Source of the DNA: an uncultured Actinomycetota bacterium
GTDB taxonomy: Bacteria; Actinomycetota; Actinomycetes; Propionibacteriales; Nocardioidaceae
Reading direction: 5' to 3'
DNA: 64,000 bases
Assembly: GCA_963766035.1 (NCBI GenBank)
Contig: CAVXYP010000014.1
Location: 59,584-123,583 of the forward strand
The position numbers were made by a program, and so were the translations under genes. Positions within the stretch are counted from its first letter, which is position 1. Each line of letters opens with the position of its first letter. Positions 19,588 to 29,625 of this stretch are shown here, one piece after another. Below the pieces are notes generated by a model. That model made no database searches. It saw only the letters and a list, made by a program, of their open reading frames with translations, and had not been told where the DNA came from.

Positions 19588-22158
19588 CTACGTTGTGGGG
19601 CTCGCGTTCGCTGCCCGGCGTACGGCGTCCGCGCGGTTGTCGACACCGAGCTTCGCGAGCACCGCGCTGACGTGATGGTCCACGGTCCGCTGCGACAGCA
19701 CCAGCCGCTCGGCGATCTGGGCGTTCGTGAGGCCCTCGGCGACGAGCGCCAGCACCTCGGCCTCGCGTGCCGTCAGTCCAGCGGGATGCGAACGAGTCGA
19801 CCGTCGAGGACCGCGGATGACCGGACCGCCGGTCTCGCGCAGCCGCCGCCGCACGGCCGCGGCAGCCGGCTCGGCCCGGAGCTCGACGAACGTCGCGAGC
19901 GATTCCTCCAGCATGGCCGGATCGTCTGCCGCGGCCAGCGCCATCGCCGCCTCATAGCGACACCCGAGCTTCCCCCACGTCTCGGCAGCGCCACGGTGCT
20001 CACCCTGGATCTCCTCACGGTACGGCGACGGCGGGTCGGCCGGCGGGGCGCCGAGCAGCCCGAGCCTCGCCAGGGCGACCGCCAGCTCGGCCCGCAACCA
20101 GGGCTCGGTCCCGTCGGTGTCGGTGTAGGTGTGAAGGACGCTCTCGTCCACCAGGCTCGGGTCGCCGGCGAGCCAGGCCAGCTCGCACCGAGCGGTCTCC
20201 AGAGGTAGCCGCAGGCTGGCCTCTCCCGACCCGGCAGCGAGGGCGCGGGCGGTGACCAGGTCCTCGAGCACGCCGGCGTGCCCGCGCCGTACCCGGCTGG
20301 TGAGGTAGGGCGCCAGCAGTCGGATCCGGTTGTTCGGTGAGATCTCCTGGGTGAGCAGCCGCCGGGCGAGGGCGACGGCCTCGTCGAGGCGTCCACGCCG
20401 CAGCAGGACCTGGGTGCGGGTCGCCGAGAGGCCGAGGCCCCAGGTGCGCATCTGGTGCTCCTCGCACCAGCGCATGCCTTCCGCCCAGACCCACTCGTAC
20501 GCGTTGTGCTGCAGGTGGGCCACGGCGAGGTCGTAGAGATTGGCGAAGGCGCGGGCAGCCTGGGCATCGCTGCCGGATCCCCGAGCGATGCGCAAGGCGC
20601 GCTCGACGTCGGCGATGCCGGCGTCACCGCGGGACTCGAGCAGCGCGCCGCGGGTCTGGAGGGCGTGCGCGACGATGTCGGCATTGCCGAGGTCGTGGCC
20701 CAGCCGGATGGCCTCGTCGAGCTCCTCGACGCGGGCGTCGAGGTCGTTGCCGCCGACGTAGCCGTGCTGGGCCAGTGCCCAGCCGCGCTCGGCCGTCCCG
20801 GGCAGGTCGGTGGTCAGGGCCAGCAGGTCGCTCGCGGCCGCGCGGGCCTCGCGTGAGCGCGTGAGCTGGCGCAGGCACGTGACGCGGTTCGTCAGCGTGG
20901 CGGCCAGAGCGCGGGCGTCGCCGGCCCGCTGGCGGATGCGGACCGCCTCCACGTTCACCGCGAGCGCGGCCTCCGCATGGTCCGACAGGCCGAGGAGGCG
21001 GGTCAGGTCGTCGAGGATGTCGGCACGCTCGGCAGGAGCGAGGTCCACCGCGTCCGCGACCGCGAGCGCGCGCTCGAGCTGGGCGGCAGCCTCCCGCACG
21101 GAGTGGAACCGGGTCGCGTCCCGCGCCGCCGCCAGGGCGTGGTCGAAGGTCGCTCGAGCGTCGCCCGTGCGCTCGGCGTGATGGGCGAGCTCGGCATGGT
21201 CACCCGACGCCTGGGAGAGGAGCGCGAAGGCGGCCCGGTGGAGCTCGGTCGCCTGGTGCTCCGGCAGCTCCTGGACGACCGCAAGTCTGGTCAGCTCGTG
21301 GTCGAACGCATAGCGACCGTCCTCGGCGACCAGGGTCCCGGATCCGGCGCATTCGTCGATCGCCGCGCTGTCGACGCCGGCGACCGCCGCCAGGAGGTCG
21401 GCGGGAGCCGGGCGCCCGACGACCGCGGCGGCCGCGAGCAGCCGCTGGGCAGGAGCGGAGTGCCGGCCGACCCGGGCCCGCACCACGTCCGACACCGAGG
21501 TCGGGACGTTCCGTCCGGGATCCGACAGCAGCTCGCGCACGTAGAACGGGTTGCCCCCGCTGACCCGGAACACCTGCTCGGGGTCCAGCCCCTGCTCGAC
21601 GGCCAGCCGTCCGGTCGCTGCGGCCGACAGCGGTGGCAGGAGCATCCGCCGGGTGGACCCGTGGGTGGCGATCCGTCCGATGACCGCGGTGAGGACCGGG
21701 TCGGCGGCAGCCTCGGCATGCCGATAGGTGACCACCACCAGCGCTCGCGTGCGCCCCACGCGTCGACCGAGGTAGGACAACCAGTCGAGCGTCGCCTCGT
21801 CGGCCCAGTGGAGGTCCTCGACCACGATCACGACCGGCCCGGCGGCACTCAGGTGCGCCACCGACGCTGCGAACAGCTCGTTGCGGTCGGGCTCGCGTCG
21901 CGCCAGGTCGGCGAGCTCCCCACCGGCCGCGGTCGCGATCTCGAAGAGCGGTCCCAGCGGTCGTGGGGTGAAGCTGGCGTCGCAGGCGCCCCACAGCCAG
22001 GTGAACTCGGGATGCTGGTCGCGGAAGGCATCGACCAGTGCGGTCTTGCCGATCCCGGGATCCCCGGACAGCAGCACCAGGCGGCCGCTGCCCGCCGCAG
22101 CAGCGCCGGCGTACTCCTCGAGCGCAGCGAGGTACGGCTGCCGCTCCAGGAGATCCAC
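19588..22158 (-). CDS. large ATP-binding LuxR-family (LAL / MalT-like) transcriptional regulator
   Basis: Start set at GTG 22158, just after the echA stop (the tracked ORF upstream overlaps echA in another frame). Walker A GDPGIGKT, a long helical/TPR-like middle, and the C-terminal Lux[40 protein letters not shown]. Confidence 0.8.
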   Translation of the reverse strand: MDLLERQPYLAALEEYAGAAAAGSGRLVLLSGDPGIGKTALVDAFRDQHPEFTWLWGACDASFTPRPLGPLFEIATAAGGELADLARREPDRNELFAASVAHLSAAGPVVIVVEDLHWADEATLDWLSYLGRRVGRTRALVVVTYRHAEAAADPVLTAVIGRIATHGSTRRMLLPPLSAAATGRLAVEQGLDPEQVFRVSGGNPFYVRELLSDPGRNVPTSVSDVVRARVGRHSAPAQRLLAAAAVVGRPAPADLLAAVAGVDSAAIDECAGSGTLVAEDGRYAFDHELTRLAVVQELPEHQATELHRAAFALLSQASGDHAELAHHAERTGDARATFDHALAAARDATRFHSVREAAAQLERALAVADAVDLAPAERADILDDLTRLLGLSDHAEAALAVNVEAVRIRQRAGDARALAATLTNRVTCLRQLTRSREARAAASDLLALTTDLPGTAERGWALAQHGYVGGNDLDARVEELDEAIRLGHDLGNADIVAHALQTRGALLESRGDAGIADVERALRIARGSGSDAQAARAFANLYDLAVAHLQHNAYEWVWAEGMRWCEEHQMRTWGLGLSATRTQVLLRRGRLDEAVALARRLLTQEISPNNRIRLLAPYLTSRVRRGHAGVLEDLVTARALAAGSGEASLRLPLETARCELAWLAGDPSLVDESVLHTYTDTDGTEPWLRAELAVALARLGLLGAPPADPPSPYREEIQGEHRGAAETWGKLGCRYEAAMALAAADDPAMLEESLATFVELRAEPAAAAVRRRLRETGGPVIRGPRRSTRSHPAGLTAREAEVLALVAEGLTNAQIAERLVLSQRTVDHHVSAVLAKLGVDNRADAVRRAANASPTT

Positions 22159-22184
22159 ACCCGGAGCGTACGGCGACGGCGCCG

Positions 22185-22988
22185 CTACTGGCCCTTGAAC
22201 TCCGGCTTCCGCTTCTCCATGAACGCCCGCGGGCCCTCCTTGGCGTCCTCGGACGCGAACACGGCGGCGCCGACCTCGGCGTCGTCGGCCCAGCAGTCGT
22301 CCTCGTGCTTGCCCTCGGAGTCGCGCATCGTCCTCAGGATCGCCTGGACGGCGAGCGGGCCGTTGGCCGCGATCAGATCGGCGAGCTCGTGCGCCTTGGT
22401 GAGCGCCTGGCCGTCGGGGACGACGTGCCCGATGAGGCCGATCTCCTTGGCCTCGGGCGCCTGCACGTGGCGGCCGGTGAGCAGCAGCTCGGCGGCGACC
22501 GTGTAGGGGATCTGACGGGGGAGTCGTACGGCGGAGCCGCCCATCGGGTAGAGACTCCAGCGCGCCTCGGAGACCCCGAACTTCGCCGACTCCCCGGCGA
22601 CCCGGATGTCGGTGCCCTGGAGGATCTCGGTGCCACCGGCGATCGCCGGGCCCTCGACCGCGGCGATGAGCGGCTTGGTGAGACGGAAGCCCTTCAGCAG
22701 TCCCTTGATCACCGACGGGTCGTAGTCGCCCGACTCGAAGCTCTCCGTCGGCGGCTTCTTGTTCATCGACTTGAGGTCGGCGCCCGCGCAGAACGCGCCG
22801 CCCGCGCCGGTGAGGATGCACACCCGCACCTCGGGGTCGGAGTTCACCCGGTCCCAGGCCTGCTCCATGATCGCGAGCATCTCGCCGGACAGCGCGTTGC
22901 GGACCTCGGGCCGGTTCATGGTGACCACCAGCGTGTGGCCGACCAGCTCGACGAGGCAGTGCGGGTCGGTGGAATCCGTGGTCGTCAT
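22185..22988 (-). CDS. enoyl-CoA hydratase (EchA19-like)
   Basis: Crotonase motifs [15 protein letters not shown] and [11 protein letters not shown]. The start is ATG 22988 (or GTG 22997). It is divergent from a fadD gene, as for echA19/fadD19. Confidence 0.85.
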   Translation of the reverse strand: MTTTDSTDPHCLVELVGHTLVVTMNRPEVRNALSGEMLAIMEQAWDRVNSDPEVRVCILTGAGGAFCAGADLKSMNKKPPTESFESGDYDPSVIKGLLKGFRLTKPLIAAVEGPAIAGGTEILQGTDIRVAGESAKFGVSEARWSLYPMGGSAVRLPRQIPYTVAAELLLTGRHVQAPEAKEIGLIGHVVPDGQALTKAHELADLIAANGPLAVQAILRTMRDSEGKHEDDCWADDAEVGAAVFASEDAKEGPRAFMEKRKPEFKGQ

Positions 22989-23010
22989 GCGAGCCACGCT
23001 AGCGAAAAAC

Positions 23011-23024
23011 TGGAACGTGTTCTA
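23011..23024. promoter_or_regulatory. KstR-type operator (TGGAACGTGTTCTA)
   Basis: Lies in the 46-bp divergent echA/fadD gap. TAGTCT (23023-23028) is -10-like and lies 6 nt before the GTG at 23035. Confidence 0.7.
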
Positions 23025-23034
23025 GTCTCGGGGT

Positions 23035-24702
23035 GTGGCCTTGAACATCGCCGACCTCTTCGAACACGCCGTCGACGCGGCCCCCGACAAGCCTGCCGTG
23101 AAGGTGGGCGAGCGCACGATCACCTACGCCGAGCTGGAGTCCGAGAGCAACAAGCTCGCGCACTTCCTGTCCTCGCGCGGGATCGGCACGGGCGACCACG
23201 TCGGGCTCTACGCCAAGAACAGCATCGAGCACGTGATCGCCCTGCTGGCGATCCTCAAGGTCCGAGCCGTGGCGATCAACGTCAACTACCGCTACGTCGC
23301 CGGCGAGCTCGACTACATCTTCGACAACGCCGACCTCAAGGGCCTGGTCCTCGACCGGGTCTACAGCGACCTCGTCGCGGAGGTGGCCCCCAAGCACGAG
23401 CAGCTGCAGACGTTCGTCGTGCTGCCGGACCCGCTCGAGCCGGAGGACACGAGCGACCCCTCGTCGTACGGCGGCGTGGTGCTCTCCGACGCGATCGCCG
23501 ACCAGAGCGACGCCCGCGACTTCGGCGAGCGCAGCCCCGACGACATCCACATCATCTACACCGGCGGCACCACCGGCTATCCGAAGGGCGTCATGTGGCG
23601 CCACGAGGACTTCTGGCGAGTGCTCGGTGGCGGGATCGACTTCATGACCGGCGAGCCGCTCAGCGAGTTCGACCAGTCCAAGAAGGCGACCGAGCCGGGT
23701 CTGATCACCTTCCCGCTGAGCCCGCTGATGCACGGCGGTGCGCAGGCCAGCCTGCTCATGCACCTCTTCGCCGGGCAGCTCACCATCCTCGAGCCCAGGT
23801 TCGACCCGGTCCGCACCTGGCAGATCATCGACCGCGAGCAGTGCCACATGATGTTCATGACCGGCGACGCGATGGCGCGGCCACTGATCGAGGCCTACGA
23901 GGACGGCAGCTTCAGCGGTCAGTCGCTGTTCGCGATCGCCAGCAGTGCGGCCATCTTCAGCAAGGCGGTCAAGGAACGCTGGATGGCGCAGTTCCCCAAC
24001 GCCGTCTTCACCGACTCGATCGGCTCGTCGGAGACCGGCTTCCAGGGCACCGGGCTGCAGGACGCGAGCGCGTTGTCGACCGACGGCCCGGTCGTGTCGA
24101 TCGGTGCCAACACCGCCGTCATCTCCGACGAGGGCCACGTCCTCGACCCGGTGAAGGACGTCGGCAAGGTCGGCCGTACGGCGCGAGCGGGCAACGTCCC
24201 GGTCGGCTACTACAAGGATCCCGAGAAGTCCGCCCGCACGTTCTACGAGATCGACGGCGTGCGCTACTCGGTCCCCGGCGACTTCGCCCGGCTCGAGGAG
24301 GGCAACCGGATCACCCTGCTCGGCCGCGGCTCGAACTGCGTCAACACCGGCGGCGAGAAGGTCTACCCCGAAGAGGTCGAGATGGCGATCAAGGGACACC
24401 CCGCCGTCTACGACGTGCTCGTGGTGGGTCTCCCGGACGAGAAGTACGGCCAGACCGTGGCCGCTGTCGTCCAGCCCCGCGAGGGCCAGAAGGTCGAGCT
24501 GGAGGACCTGCGGACCTACCTCCGCACCCACCTGTCCGGCTACAAGCTCCCGCGGGTGCTCACCCTCGTCGACGAGATCCCGCGCAACGCGACCGGCAAG
24601 GCCCAGTACCCCGCTGCCAAGGAGATGGCGCTGAGCGCCCAGAACGCCGGCACCGCCCAAGTCTCGTCCAGTCAGACCCCTGCGAACGGAGTGACGGCCT
24701 GA
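23035..24702 (+). CDS. acyl-CoA synthetase (FadD19-like steroid-CoA ligase)
   Basis: 555 aa. AMP-binding motif YTGGTTGYPKGV. GTG start. Confidence 0.85.
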   Translation: MALNIADLFEHAVDAAPDKPAVKVGERTITYAELESESNKLAHFLSSRGIGTGDHVGLYAKNSIEHVIALLAILKVRAVAINVNYRYVAGELDYIFDNADLKGLVLDRVYSDLVAEVAPKHEQLQTFVVLPDPLEPEDTSDPSSYGGVVLSDAIADQSDARDFGERSPDDIHIIYTGGTTGYPKGVMWRHEDFWRVLGGGIDFMTGEPLSEFDQSKKATEPGLITFPLSPLMHGGAQASLLMHLFAGQLTILEPRFDPVRTWQIIDREQCHMMFMTGDAMARPLIEAYEDGSFSGQSLFAIASSAAIFSKAVKERWMAQFPNAVFTDSIGSSETGFQGTGLQDASALSTDGPVVSIGANTAVISDEGHVLDPVKDVGKVGRTARAGNVPVGYYKDPEKSARTFYEIDGVRYSVPGDFARLEEGNRITLLGRGSNCVNTGGEKVYPEEVEMAIKGHPAVYDVLVVGLPDEKYGQTVAAVVQPREGQKVELEDLRTYLRTHLSGYKLPRVLTLVDEIPRNATGKAQYPAAKEMALSAQNAGTAQVSSSQTPANGVTA

Positions 24703-25823
24703 TGCGCACTCGCCCCATGAAGACTGCACTCTGCGACGCCTTCGGCATCGACTACCCGATCTTCGCGTTCACCCCGTCCGAGCACGTCGCAGCAGCAGTG
24801 TCGCGCGCCGGCGGCCTCGGCGTCCTCGGCTGCGTCCGCTTCAACGACGCCGAGGAGCTCGACAAGGCGCTGGACTGGATGGACGACAACACCGACGGCA
24901 AGCCGTACGGCGTCGACGTGGTCATGCCGATGAAGATCCCCACCGAGGGCACCTCGACCGACCTGTCGACGTACATCCCCGCCGACCACAAGAAGTGGGT
25001 CGACGAGACACTGCTCAAGCTGGGCGTGCCGCCGCTGCCGCAGGGCGAGGGCCGGGAGGGAGTCCTCGGCTGGCTGCACTCGATGGCCCGCTCCCACGTC
25101 GACGTGGCGCTGAAGCACCGGCCGGTGCTCATCGCCAACGCGCTGGGCACGCCGCCCAACGATGTCATCGAGCAGTGCCATGCGGCCGGCCTGAAGGTGG
25201 CGGCGCTCGCAGGCGCACCCAAGCACGCGGTGAGCCACATCGCGAACGGCGTCGACATCATCGTCGCGCAGGGCTACGAAGCGGGCGGCCACACCGGCGA
25301 GATCGCGTCGATGGTGCTCACACCCGACATCGTCGATGCGGTCGGCCCCGACGTTCCTGTGCTCGGGGCCGGCGGCATCGGCTCGGGCCGTCAGATCGCT
25401 GCCTCGCTCGCGCTGGGTGCCCAGGGCGTGTGGACCGGCTCGATCTGGCTCGGCACCGAGGAGTACCGCAACCTGGCCGGCAACAAGGGATGGGAGACGG
25501 CCTTCCTGCGGGCCACCTCCTCCGACACGGTGCGCACGCGGATCTACACCGGCAAGCCGGCCCGGCTGCTCAAGACCAAGTGGACCGAGGCCTGGGCGGA
25601 GCAGGACGCGCCGGCTCCGTTGCCGATGCCGTTGCAGAACCTGCTCGTGGCCGACGCGCACAACCGGATCAACGCCTCCGGCGATCCCGACGTGATCTCG
25701 ATGCCGGTGGGCCAGATCGTCGGCCGGATGAACGAGGTGCGTCCCGTCGCCGAGGTGATGGCCGACCTGGTCGCCGAGTTCGAGGCGACCGTCAAGAAGC
25801 TCGACGGCATCGCCGGCATCTGA
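24702..25823 (+). CDS. nitronate monooxygenase / 2-nitropropane dioxygenase-family flavoprotein
   Basis: The ATG at 24702 shares 1 nt with the fadD stop (TGATG). MRTRPMKTALCDAFGIDYPIFAF...AQGYEAGGHTG... Only this part of the tracked 22038..25823 ORF looks coding. Confidence 0.8.
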   Translation: MRTRPMKTALCDAFGIDYPIFAFTPSEHVAAAVSRAGGLGVLGCVRFNDAEELDKALDWMDDNTDGKPYGVDVVMPMKIPTEGTSTDLSTYIPADHKKWVDETLLKLGVPPLPQGEGREGVLGWLHSMARSHVDVALKHRPVLIANALGTPPNDVIEQCHAAGLKVAALAGAPKHAVSHIANGVDIIVAQGYEAGGHTGEIASMVLTPDIVDAVGPDVPVLGAGGIGSGRQIAASLALGAQGVWTGSIWLGTEEYRNLAGNKGWETAFLRATSSDTVRTRIYTGKPARLLKTKWTEAWAEQDAPAPLPMPLQNLLVADAHNRINASGDPDVISMPVGQIVGRMNEVRPVAEVMADLVAEFEATVKKLDGIAGI

Positions 25824-25836
25824 TCGACCCGGCGGT

Positions 25837-26844
25837 TCAGGCGAACGAGCGACCGATCGCCAGGGCCTGGTCGGTGGCGCCGCCGAACAGGAACTCGAAC
25901 CGCTTGGCCGTCGTGAAGTAGCGGTGCGCCTCGCCGTCGAGGTCGATGCCGACGCCGCCGTGCACGTGCACAGTGGTGTGGGCGATCCGGTGACCGGAGT
26001 CGGCCGCCCACAGCTTGGCGACGGCGACCTCGGTGGCGGCGGGCAGCCCCTGCTCGAGCCGCCAGACCGCCTGCCACAGGGTCAGTCGCTGGCCGAGCAC
26101 GTCGATGAAGCCGTCCGCAAGTCGCTGCGACACCGCCTGGAAGGTGCCGATCGGGCGGCCGAACTGCTCCCGCGTCTTGGCGTACGCCGACGTGAGGGCG
26201 AGCGCGCCCTCGGTCACCCCCAGCTGCTCCGCCGCGGAACACGCGATGAGCAGCTCGGCCAGATGCACGGCGGCCGTCGCGGCGCCGATCCGTTTGGCGG
26301 GGGTGGCCTCGAACACGATCTGTGCGGCGACGTCGCCGTCGCTGGTGTGTTGCGGGCGCCGGTCGAGGCTCGCGCCCTCGACGAGGTAGACGCCGACTCC
26401 GTCAGGCGCTGTCGCTGTGACCAGCAGTGCGTCGGCGGCCATCCCGGCGCGGACCAGCGTCTTGGTGCCCGTCAGCGCCCCCTGCGCGTCGGCAACCACG
26501 GTCGGCGAGGCCGGAAGGTGGTCACGCTCCTCGGCAACGGCGGCGGCGTACAGCGACGTGCCCACCGGCCGGCCGGCACTGGTGAGGAAGGCGACGCAGG
26601 CGCCGTGCACCGCGAGCGGCACCGGCGCCACCGTGCGGCCCACCTCGACCAGGACCCGGGCGAGCTCGAGCAGGCCGAGCTCGGTCCAGTCGAACGCGTC
26701 TCCGAGCGTCGCCCACAGCTCGCGGTCGAACCGGTCGCCGCCCGCCTCGACCGCCTTCATCCTCTCGTTGCTCGCCTTGTCCTTGAGGATCTCGGCCGCG
26801 AGCGCCGCGGCCTCGTCCTGCTCGGGGGTGAACAAGAAGTCCAT
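25837..26844 (-). CDS. fadE27: acyl-CoA dehydrogenase, beta-type subunit (FadE27/ChsE5-like)
   Basis: 335-aa ACAD-fold protein directly downstream of a 397-aa ACAD, the same order as fadE26-fadE27. Confidence 0.7.
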   Translation of the reverse strand: MDFLFTPEQDEAAALAAEILKDKASNERMKAVEAGGDRFDRELWATLGDAFDWTELGLLELARVLVEVGRTVAPVPLAVHGACVAFLTSAGRPVGTSLYAAAVAEERDHLPASPTVVADAQGALTGTKTLVRAGMAADALLVTATAPDGVGVYLVEGASLDRRPQHTSDGDVAAQIVFEATPAKRIGAATAAVHLAELLIACSAAEQLGVTEGALALTSAYAKTREQFGRPIGTFQAVSQRLADGFIDVLGQRLTLWQAVWRLEQGLPAATEVAVAKLWAADSGHRIAHTTVHVHGGVGIDLDGEAHRYFTTAKRFEFLFGGATDQALAIGRSFA

Positions 26845-26904
26845 GGTGTCTCCTGCAGTCTCCGGTCTCGTGACGGTCGCCAGAGCGACCTCCTCGACCT
26901 ACGG

Positions 26905-28098
26905 TTATCGCTTGGCGGCCGGGAGGCCGAGGCCCACGTAGCCGATGATGTCGCGCTGGATCTCGTTGGTGCCGCCGCCGAAGGTCATCACCAGCGACGA
27001 GCGGTGGAACCGCTCCAGTCGGCCGGCGATCGCCGCGCCGGGGGAGTCGGCAGTGATGCCGGCGTGCGGGCCGACGATCTCCATGAGGGTGCGGTAGACC
27101 TCGGTCGCGAGCTCGGAGCCGTAGACCTTGGTCGCCGACGCCTCGGCCGGGGACAGTGCGACGCCGTGGTCGGCGTCGGCCGCGAGCTTCCAGTTGATGA
27201 GGGAGAGCGCCTCGACCCGGGCGTGTGCCTTGCCGAGGGCGATCTGCACCCACTCCGTGTCGATCACCCGCCTGCCGTCGGGGTTGCGGGTCTCGGTCGC
27301 CCAGCTGCGCACGAGCTGCAGCGAGTGGACGAGAGGTGCTGCCGACGTGAGGGCGACCCGCTCGTGGTTGAGCTGGTTGGTCATCAGCGCCCACCCGCCG
27401 CCGCGCTCGCCGACCAGGTTGCCGGCCGGCACGCGGACGTCGCTGTAGTAGGTCGCGGAGGTGCCGACGCCGGCGACCGTGTGCACGGGCGTGTAGGAGA
27501 AGCCGGGGGAGTCGGCCGGCACCAGGATCATCGACAGCCCCTTGTGCCGGGGCTGGTCGGGCTCGGTGCGGCAGGCCAGCCAGATCCAGTCGGCGTACTG
27601 GATCAGCGAGGTCCACATCTTCTGGCCGTTGATCACCCACTCGCCGGCGCCCTCGTCGAGCACCGCCTTGGTCTGCAGGGACGCCAGGTCGGTGCCGGAG
27701 CCCGGCTCGGAGTAGCCGATGGAGAAGTGGAGGTCGCCGGCGAGGATCTTCGGGAGGAACAGCTCCTTCTGCGCAGTCGTGCCGAACCGCATGATCGTGG
27801 GGCCGACCGTGTTGAGGGTCAGGTAGGGGATCGGTACGCCGGCGACGGCAGCCACGTCGGTGAAGATCAGCTGCTCGATCATCGAGCGGTCCTGCCCGCC
27901 GTACTCCTTCGGCCAGCCGATGCCGAGCCAGCCGTCCTGGCCGATCCGGCGGATCACGTCGCGGTAGACGCCGGCCTCGCCGAACTCGCCGGTGGCCGAC
28001 GACAGCCCCGCGCGGATCTCCGGGGTGACCAGGGCGGCGAAGTACTCCCGCAGCTCCTCGCGCAGCGCGACTTGCTGCGGCTCCAGTTCGACGTGCAC
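26905..28098 (-). CDS. fadE26: acyl-CoA dehydrogenase, alpha-type subunit (FadE26/ChsE4-like)
   Basis: 397 aa, GTG start. ACAD sequence (GWLGIGWPKEYGG...TFGGGTNEIQRDII). Divergent from kshA across a KstR box. Confidence 0.75.
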   Translation of the reverse strand: MHVELEPQQVALREELREYFAALVTPEIRAGLSSATGEFGEAGVYRDVIRRIGQDGWLGIGWPKEYGGQDRSMIEQLIFTDVAAVAGVPIPYLTLNTVGPTIMRFGTTAQKELFLPKILAGDLHFSIGYSEPGSGTDLASLQTKAVLDEGAGEWVINGQKMWTSLIQYADWIWLACRTEPDQPRHKGLSMILVPADSPGFSYTPVHTVAGVGTSATYYSDVRVPAGNLVGERGGGWALMTNQLNHERVALTSAAPLVHSLQLVRSWATETRNPDGRRVIDTEWVQIALGKAHARVEALSLINWKLAADADHGVALSPAEASATKVYGSELATEVYRTLMEIVGPHAGITADSPGAAIAGRLERFHRSSLVMTFGGGTNEIQRDIIGYVGLGLPAAKR

Positions 28099-28156
28099 GC
28101 GGCCTCCATGTGGGACGGGTCATGCGGGGCGTTCGTTGTCAGACTACCCGCAAAAC

Positions 28157-28170
28157 TGTAACGTGTTCTA
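28157..28170. promoter_or_regulatory. KstR-type operator (TGTAACGTGTTCTA)
   Basis: Ends 1 nt before the kshA ATG. The embedded TAACGT (28159-28164) is -10-like and lies 7 nt before the ATG. There is no SD, so kshA is probably leaderless. Confidence 0.7.
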
Positions 28171-28171
28171 C

Positions 28172-29311
28172 ATGAGTGACACGCCTAGGCCCGATGTGCG
28201 CAGCCTCGACCACGGGACGACGCCGCTCCGCTACGCGCGCGGCTGGCACTGTCTCGGGCTCGCCTCGACGTTCGCCGACGGGAAGCCGCACGCGATCCAC
28301 GGTTTCGGCACCAAGCTCGTGGTCTGGCAGGACAGCCAGGGCAACCTCAACACCCTCGACGGCTACTGCCGGCACATGGGCGGCGATCTCACCCAGGGCG
28401 AGGTCAAGGGCGACCAGATCGCGTGCCCGTTCCACGACTGGCGCTGGGGTGGCGACGGCAAGTGCAAGGAGATCCCCTACGCCCGGCGCGTCCCGCTGCG
28501 AGCCCGGACCCACCGCTACGAGACGGCCGTCCGCAACGGTCAGCTGCTGATCTGGAACGACCCCGAGGGGTCCGCGGCCGATCACGACATCCTGCCGCCC
28601 GAGCTCCCCGGGGTCGGACAGCTGCTCGGTGAGGCGAACGAGTCCTACACCGACTGGAGCTGGGAGACGGTCCCGATCGAGGGCTCGCACTGCCGCGAGC
28701 TCATCGACAACGTCGCCGACATGGCGCACTTCTACTACGTGCACTTCTCGTTCCCGACCAGCTTCCGCAACATCTTCGAGGGGACGCAGGCCACTCAGTT
28801 CATGGAGTCGAAGGGACGGCCCGACAAGGCCGGCGGCTACGGCGACGCCGAGCTCTTCCTCAAGTCCGAGGCGACCTACTACGGACCGGCGTACATGATC
28901 AACTGGCTCGACGTCGACTACAAGGGCTTCGAGACCGAGGTCATCCTCATCAACTGCCACATCCCGACCGGGCCGAGCTCGTTCACCCTGCAGTACGGCA
29001 TCACGGTCAAGAAGCCCGACGGCATGGACGACAAGACCGCCGACTACATCGCGAAGAAGTACGGCGAGATGTTCGGCAGCGGCTTCCTCCAGGACGTGCA
29101 CATCTGGCAGAACAAGGTGCCGGTCCAGAATCCGCTGCTGTGCGAGGAGGACGGCCCCGTCTACCAGCTGCGCCGGTGGTACGAGCAGTTCTACACCGAC
29201 GTCGCCGACATCAAGCCCGAGATGACCGACCGGTTCGAGTTCGAGGTGGACACCACCAAGGCCAACGAGTACTGGCAGGCCGAGGTCGCCGAGAACCTCG
29301 CGAAGCGCTGA
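28172..29311 (+). CDS. kshA: 3-ketosteroid 9-alpha-hydroxylase, Rieske oxygenase subunit
   Basis: 379 aa. Rieske motif CRHMGGDL...CPFHDWRW. N-terminus RYARGWHCLG as in KshA. Confidence 0.9.
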   Translation: MSDTPRPDVRSLDHGTTPLRYARGWHCLGLASTFADGKPHAIHGFGTKLVVWQDSQGNLNTLDGYCRHMGGDLTQGEVKGDQIACPFHDWRWGGDGKCKEIPYARRVPLRARTHRYETAVRNGQLLIWNDPEGSAADHDILPPELPGVGQLLGEANESYTDWSWETVPIEGSHCRELIDNVADMAHFYYVHFSFPTSFRNIFEGTQATQFMESKGRPDKAGGYGDAELFLKSEATYYGPAYMINWLDVDYKGFETEVILINCHIPTGPSSFTLQYGITVKKPDGMDDKTADYIAKKYGEMFGSGFLQDVHIWQNKVPVQNPLLCEEDGPVYQLRRWYEQFYTDVADIKPEMTDRFEFEVDTTKANEYWQAEVAENLAKR

Positions 29312-29613
29312 TGCCGTCCTTCGTCCCGACCAGCGCCGACACCCTCGAGGAGCAGCGGCTCTACACGCAGGCCCGGATGGTCGAGGTCGCGTGCCTGGAC
29401 TGCCTGGCCACGGTGGGCGTCAAGAAGAACAGCGACCACCACACGTCCATCCAGTGGAGCGCCGAAGCGGGCGCCGCCTGCCCGGTGCTCGGGCGGCGGG
29501 CCGGAGCATCCGCTACGCGGGACGGGCACCGGGGGTGCCCCCGGTTGCTGGCTAGCATCGACGCCGCCGTACGAGACGGCCAGATCCCCGTCGGCGCCGA
29601 AGACGGTTACTAG
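29311..29613 (+). CDS. conserved-looking hypothetical 100-aa protein with 4 Cys (position analogous to Rv3527)
   Basis: The ATG shares 1 nt with the kshA stop (TGATG), and the ORF ends 12 nt before kshB. MPSFVPTSADTLEEQRLYTQARMVEVACLDCLATVGV... High GC3. Confidence 0.6.
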   Translation: MPSFVPTSADTLEEQRLYTQARMVEVACLDCLATVGVKKNSDHHTSIQWSAEAGAACPVLGRRAGASATRDGHRGCPRLLASIDAAVRDGQIPVGAEDGY

Positions 29614-29625
29614 AGAGATGATTGA

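Noticed and set aside
19588-22821. N-terminal 221 codons of the tracked LuxR ORF
   Set aside because: They overlap echA (22185..22988) in another frame on the same strand and are Arg/Gly-rich. The regulator start is placed at GTG 22158.
22038-25823. 1261-aa plus-strand ORF
   Set aside because: The first roughly 890 codons are Arg/Pro/Gly-rich shadow sequence antisense to the LAL regulator and echA and out of frame with fadD. Only 24702..25823 (nitronate monooxygenase) looks coding.
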